Source of the DNA: Paraglomus brasilianum
Lineage: Eukaryota
Direction of reading: 5' to 3'
DNA length: 37,309 bases
Assembly (NCBI GenBank): GCA_910592345.1
Contig: CAJVPI010000274.1
Span: 1-37,309 of the forward strand
A program made the translations under genes and the position numbers. Positions 34,181 to 37,309 of this stretch are shown here, piece by piece (within the stretch, counting starts at the first letter, position 1; the number at the start of each line of letters is the position of its first letter). The notes beneath the pieces are model-generated. The model did not search any database. It saw only the letters and a program-made list of their open reading frames with translations, and had not been told where the DNA came from.

Positions 34181-35530
34181 CTTAAGGCTTAGAAAATTAA
34201 CAATAGGTAATAGTAGTACATAATTAATATTAATATCAACATTTAGTGAAGAAAAGTCTAATGCAGGACATTTACAGGACTTTCTTCACGTTGTAAAAAG
34301 TTTATTCTAATTACGTTTAATATATATAATACAATTAATGCAAATTCTAATTTCTATTAATAACTGAATGATTTGTTTGGACTATATTTATACTATACTT
34401 TCTGCGTTTGTTACTTTTTGTAGAGTATAGAAAGTGATTACTAAACTTAACGCTGCTGCATTCGTAATAAGCACTGCAAATTATACTGCATAAACTTCAG
34501 ATCAAACTTGTTAAATAGTTGTAAACTTGTAATGCATATGAGTCAATTATAAACTGTGAAATTTAAATGTACATTGATTAAGAGTCCAAACCCATCAAAC
34601 AGACACGTGACTTATATCTGAATAATATTATTGCTCTTGCAACGAAGACATCAATGTCTATATAGAGCATCGACACTGACTAGGGCATTAAAATTTGAAC
34701 GCTGAGCTAATAAATTTGTTCCTTCTGTCGTATAGTTGGTCGCAGCAACAAAACCGACTTTATTGCTGGTCAAAGTCATGTTTAGCCAAACTTTGACAAA
34801 CAAAATTTTGAGGTGACTTGCGCATAAAATGCTTGAAGCAATGTCTTGCCAGAAAAGCATTAGAAGAAGCAAGAACTAGAACTTGGGAGTTTCCAACGTA
34901 ATTGTACCACTTGTAGTAATGAAATTATAGATGGCAATAACACATTTCAAGTTAATGTCGTATACAGGAATAACCGGCCACCGACCTCAGGGGGCTGCGT
35001 ATTTCTAACTCTGTAAGCGGTCGCCATCATGAATCCTGGAGAGGGGACAGACAGGTAACAGCATGAAGAACGTATAATAGATGTTAAATTTCCATCTATA
35101 ATTAAGATCAAATAATATCAGATATTAGGCTTTTATATCGAAGTTCTCCTAAGTCTTGATTAGTAGTACTATTACTGCGGCATGTGTTTACGCTTGGTAA
35201 TCAATGACTAATGTATTGTGTAACGATTTTATAATAGGAGGATAACTAATAAAAAGCTTGTGTTATTCTTATTAATCGACAAGTTCCTTATGATTGGAGT
35301 GAGTGCACAGATAATTCGGATGATGAAATATATGCATTCTTGTACTCACGTTCAAGATAGAAAGCGATGCAGACAAATAAAATATTATGCACTGTAAGAT
35401 TGCCTGATTGCACTTATACATAGTTATTGTGTGATTTTGCACCATATATAAACACCCCTTCTAAGTTGTTACCCTGAAATCTCTTGTTCGACTTTTACTA
35501 TCCTCAATATCTTATCTGATCTCTACGGCG

Positions 35531-36854
35531 ATGGGCAATCACATTGGCACAATGTTCGTACCAAGAAAGAAAAAGACTAAACCAAGTTTAGATAGCGATT
35601 CGAGCACAACATTTTCTACTACATCATCCACTTTGATCACCACCGATTCACTTTCAAAAGTACTCGATCCCGATGATAATGTCTTAATGGACAATTACAA
35701 TATACAACATTATATTTTTAAACATACTTGGAAAGTCAGTAAAGAGGGAAAGGGAGAGAACGATACTATTGGGCAATGGAATATAGTAAGACATATTGTA
35801 GGCATGCATACACGGATAGATTAACCCTTATTATTGCTATTGATAATTACACATACAGGCAAACTTCTCAGCTCCAGTTCACGAAGCACTAGAATCAGGA
35901 ATAAATGTTTTGGACATTGGGTAAGCCACATTGTCGAGTATTAAGTTGTCGTCTGTAAAAAAAAAGTCTCTAATAAATAACATATATCTACTTATGGCTT
36001 ATAGTTGTGGTCCAGGTGAGCATACGAACATTCCACAATGCCCACCAACATCATCTGATCGTTTCCCCATTTTTTATTACATTAGGTACTTGGATACTTG
36101 ATATGGCTACTATCTATCCAAAGTCCACTTTTTATGGACTCGACATATCACCAGCCTACCCCTCACAAATCAAACCGGTGAATGCGGAATTTATAACTGC
36201 TGATGCACTCAAGGGCCTCCCGTTCGGGGATGATTTTTTTGGCCTTATTTATTTAAGATTCTTGAACAAATCGTTCACCAAGGATGATTGGCAAAACAAG
36301 TTACTAGATGAGCTAATGAGAGTCACTAATATTGGTGGGTGGATTGAAACGATGGAAAGTGGACTAGTTCTGCTCAATCCAGCACCCAATCTGGAAAAAA
36401 TATGGAACGCAGGTAAGCTTATAATAATGTTGTAGAGGGAAAGTTAAATAAGTAGAGTGGCCCTATTCTTGATCTGATCACACATACTATCAAGAAGTTT
36501 TACATATTAAATTGTTTCATTTCATTAGCCAGAGTGCTACTCGAAGAAAATGGAGTTTGGGTCGATATGGCCTATGGATTAGAAAATTTATTAAAATCAC
36601 ATCCACAATCTTTGAATGTCACATTTCAAGAAGCGTGGCATGCGGTCGGTGCATGGGGAGGCAAAGATGGAGAAATTTGGGCGACTCACATGATTCAGTC
36701 TGCTGCCATCACTGGTCAGTCGCTGTCACAGTATTTTGGAATGACACTCGAAGAATTCAAAAAATTTGTGACAGAACTCTCAGAGCAGCTGCACAGTTTC
36801 GATTACAACACCAGCTTTAGTACAATAAGGGTGTTTTGCCAGAAGACTCGCTAA
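35531..36854 (+). CDS. Class I SAM-dependent methyltransferase (LaeA-like/Methyltransf_23-25 type), 309 aa
   Basis: Exons 35531-35734, 35859-35920, 36005-36015 (11 nt), 36086-36412 and 36529-36854 (930 nt in frame). Motifs QHYIFKHTWKANFSAP, VLDIGCGPGTW (motif I), FYGLDIS, GLPFGDDFF, ELMRVTNIGGWIE. Confidence 0.9.
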
Positions 36855-37309
36855 AATGAATCACGTGTAGATTGAAATTAGTGTGCGTAACAAAATTATC
36901 GTGCATCTTAATAATAGAACCAGAAATGGTCAACAACATCTGGGTAGTTTATATACAATTATGTGAACTCCCAACTTTGTTCTAAAAGATATTTATAGCT
37001 ATTTAACCGATATGACACAAGACATTCGAATAACACGCGGCTTGGAGTTAATACACGTACGCCTGTTATTTATGATCAGTATTTATCATACACGCTTTTA
37101 TATTATAGTAACTCGCAAACATATTGGCGGTTTGTTGAACAAAAAAAATAAAGATTTTGGGCCGCCGCCAATAAAAGTAACTTTGAGAATTAAACTAGAG
37201 TGAAAAATAATTTTAGAGGCTTCGCCTCTTCAAGTAATCTGTAATCGTGAATGTCCCATACGTTTTTTACCACTGGTCCAATGTTCAAATAGAGATATAT
37301 AGTTCACAA

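Noticed and set aside
34690..34910. Coding-like fragment DLRIKCLKQCLARKALEEARTRTWEFPT
   Set aside because: Short, flanked by stops and of no recognisable family.

Overview
AT-rich eukaryotic DNA with short GT-AG introns. The gene families (Crinkler, TKL kinase-TPR, Git3/cAMP-receptor-like GPCRs, micro-exon methyltransferase) suggest an early-diverging fungus, most likely Glomeromycotina (inference). I rebuilt seven spliced genes by hand. (1) A Crinkler-type gene (Ubl header + P-loop NTPase + PD-(D/E)xK-like nuclease) on the minus strand; it runs off the window start and its main exon is missing from the ORF track. (2) An LtrA-family membrane protein. (3) A ~2010-aa non-RD TKL kinase fused to 49 TPRs. 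(4-6) Three paralogous 7TM receptors with identical exon sizes. (7) A class I SAM methyltransferase. The intergenic DNA holds two MITE-like elements, a decayed PIF1-helicase element and small repeats. The most interesting signal is the kinase-TPR array: a Trp/Arg ladder, one variable groove position, and a 6-repeat higher-order period. The Crinkler gene is also notable because it is CpG-depleted and its surviving CpGs lie almost only in Arg codons. No database searches were run; all family calls come from motif recognition.
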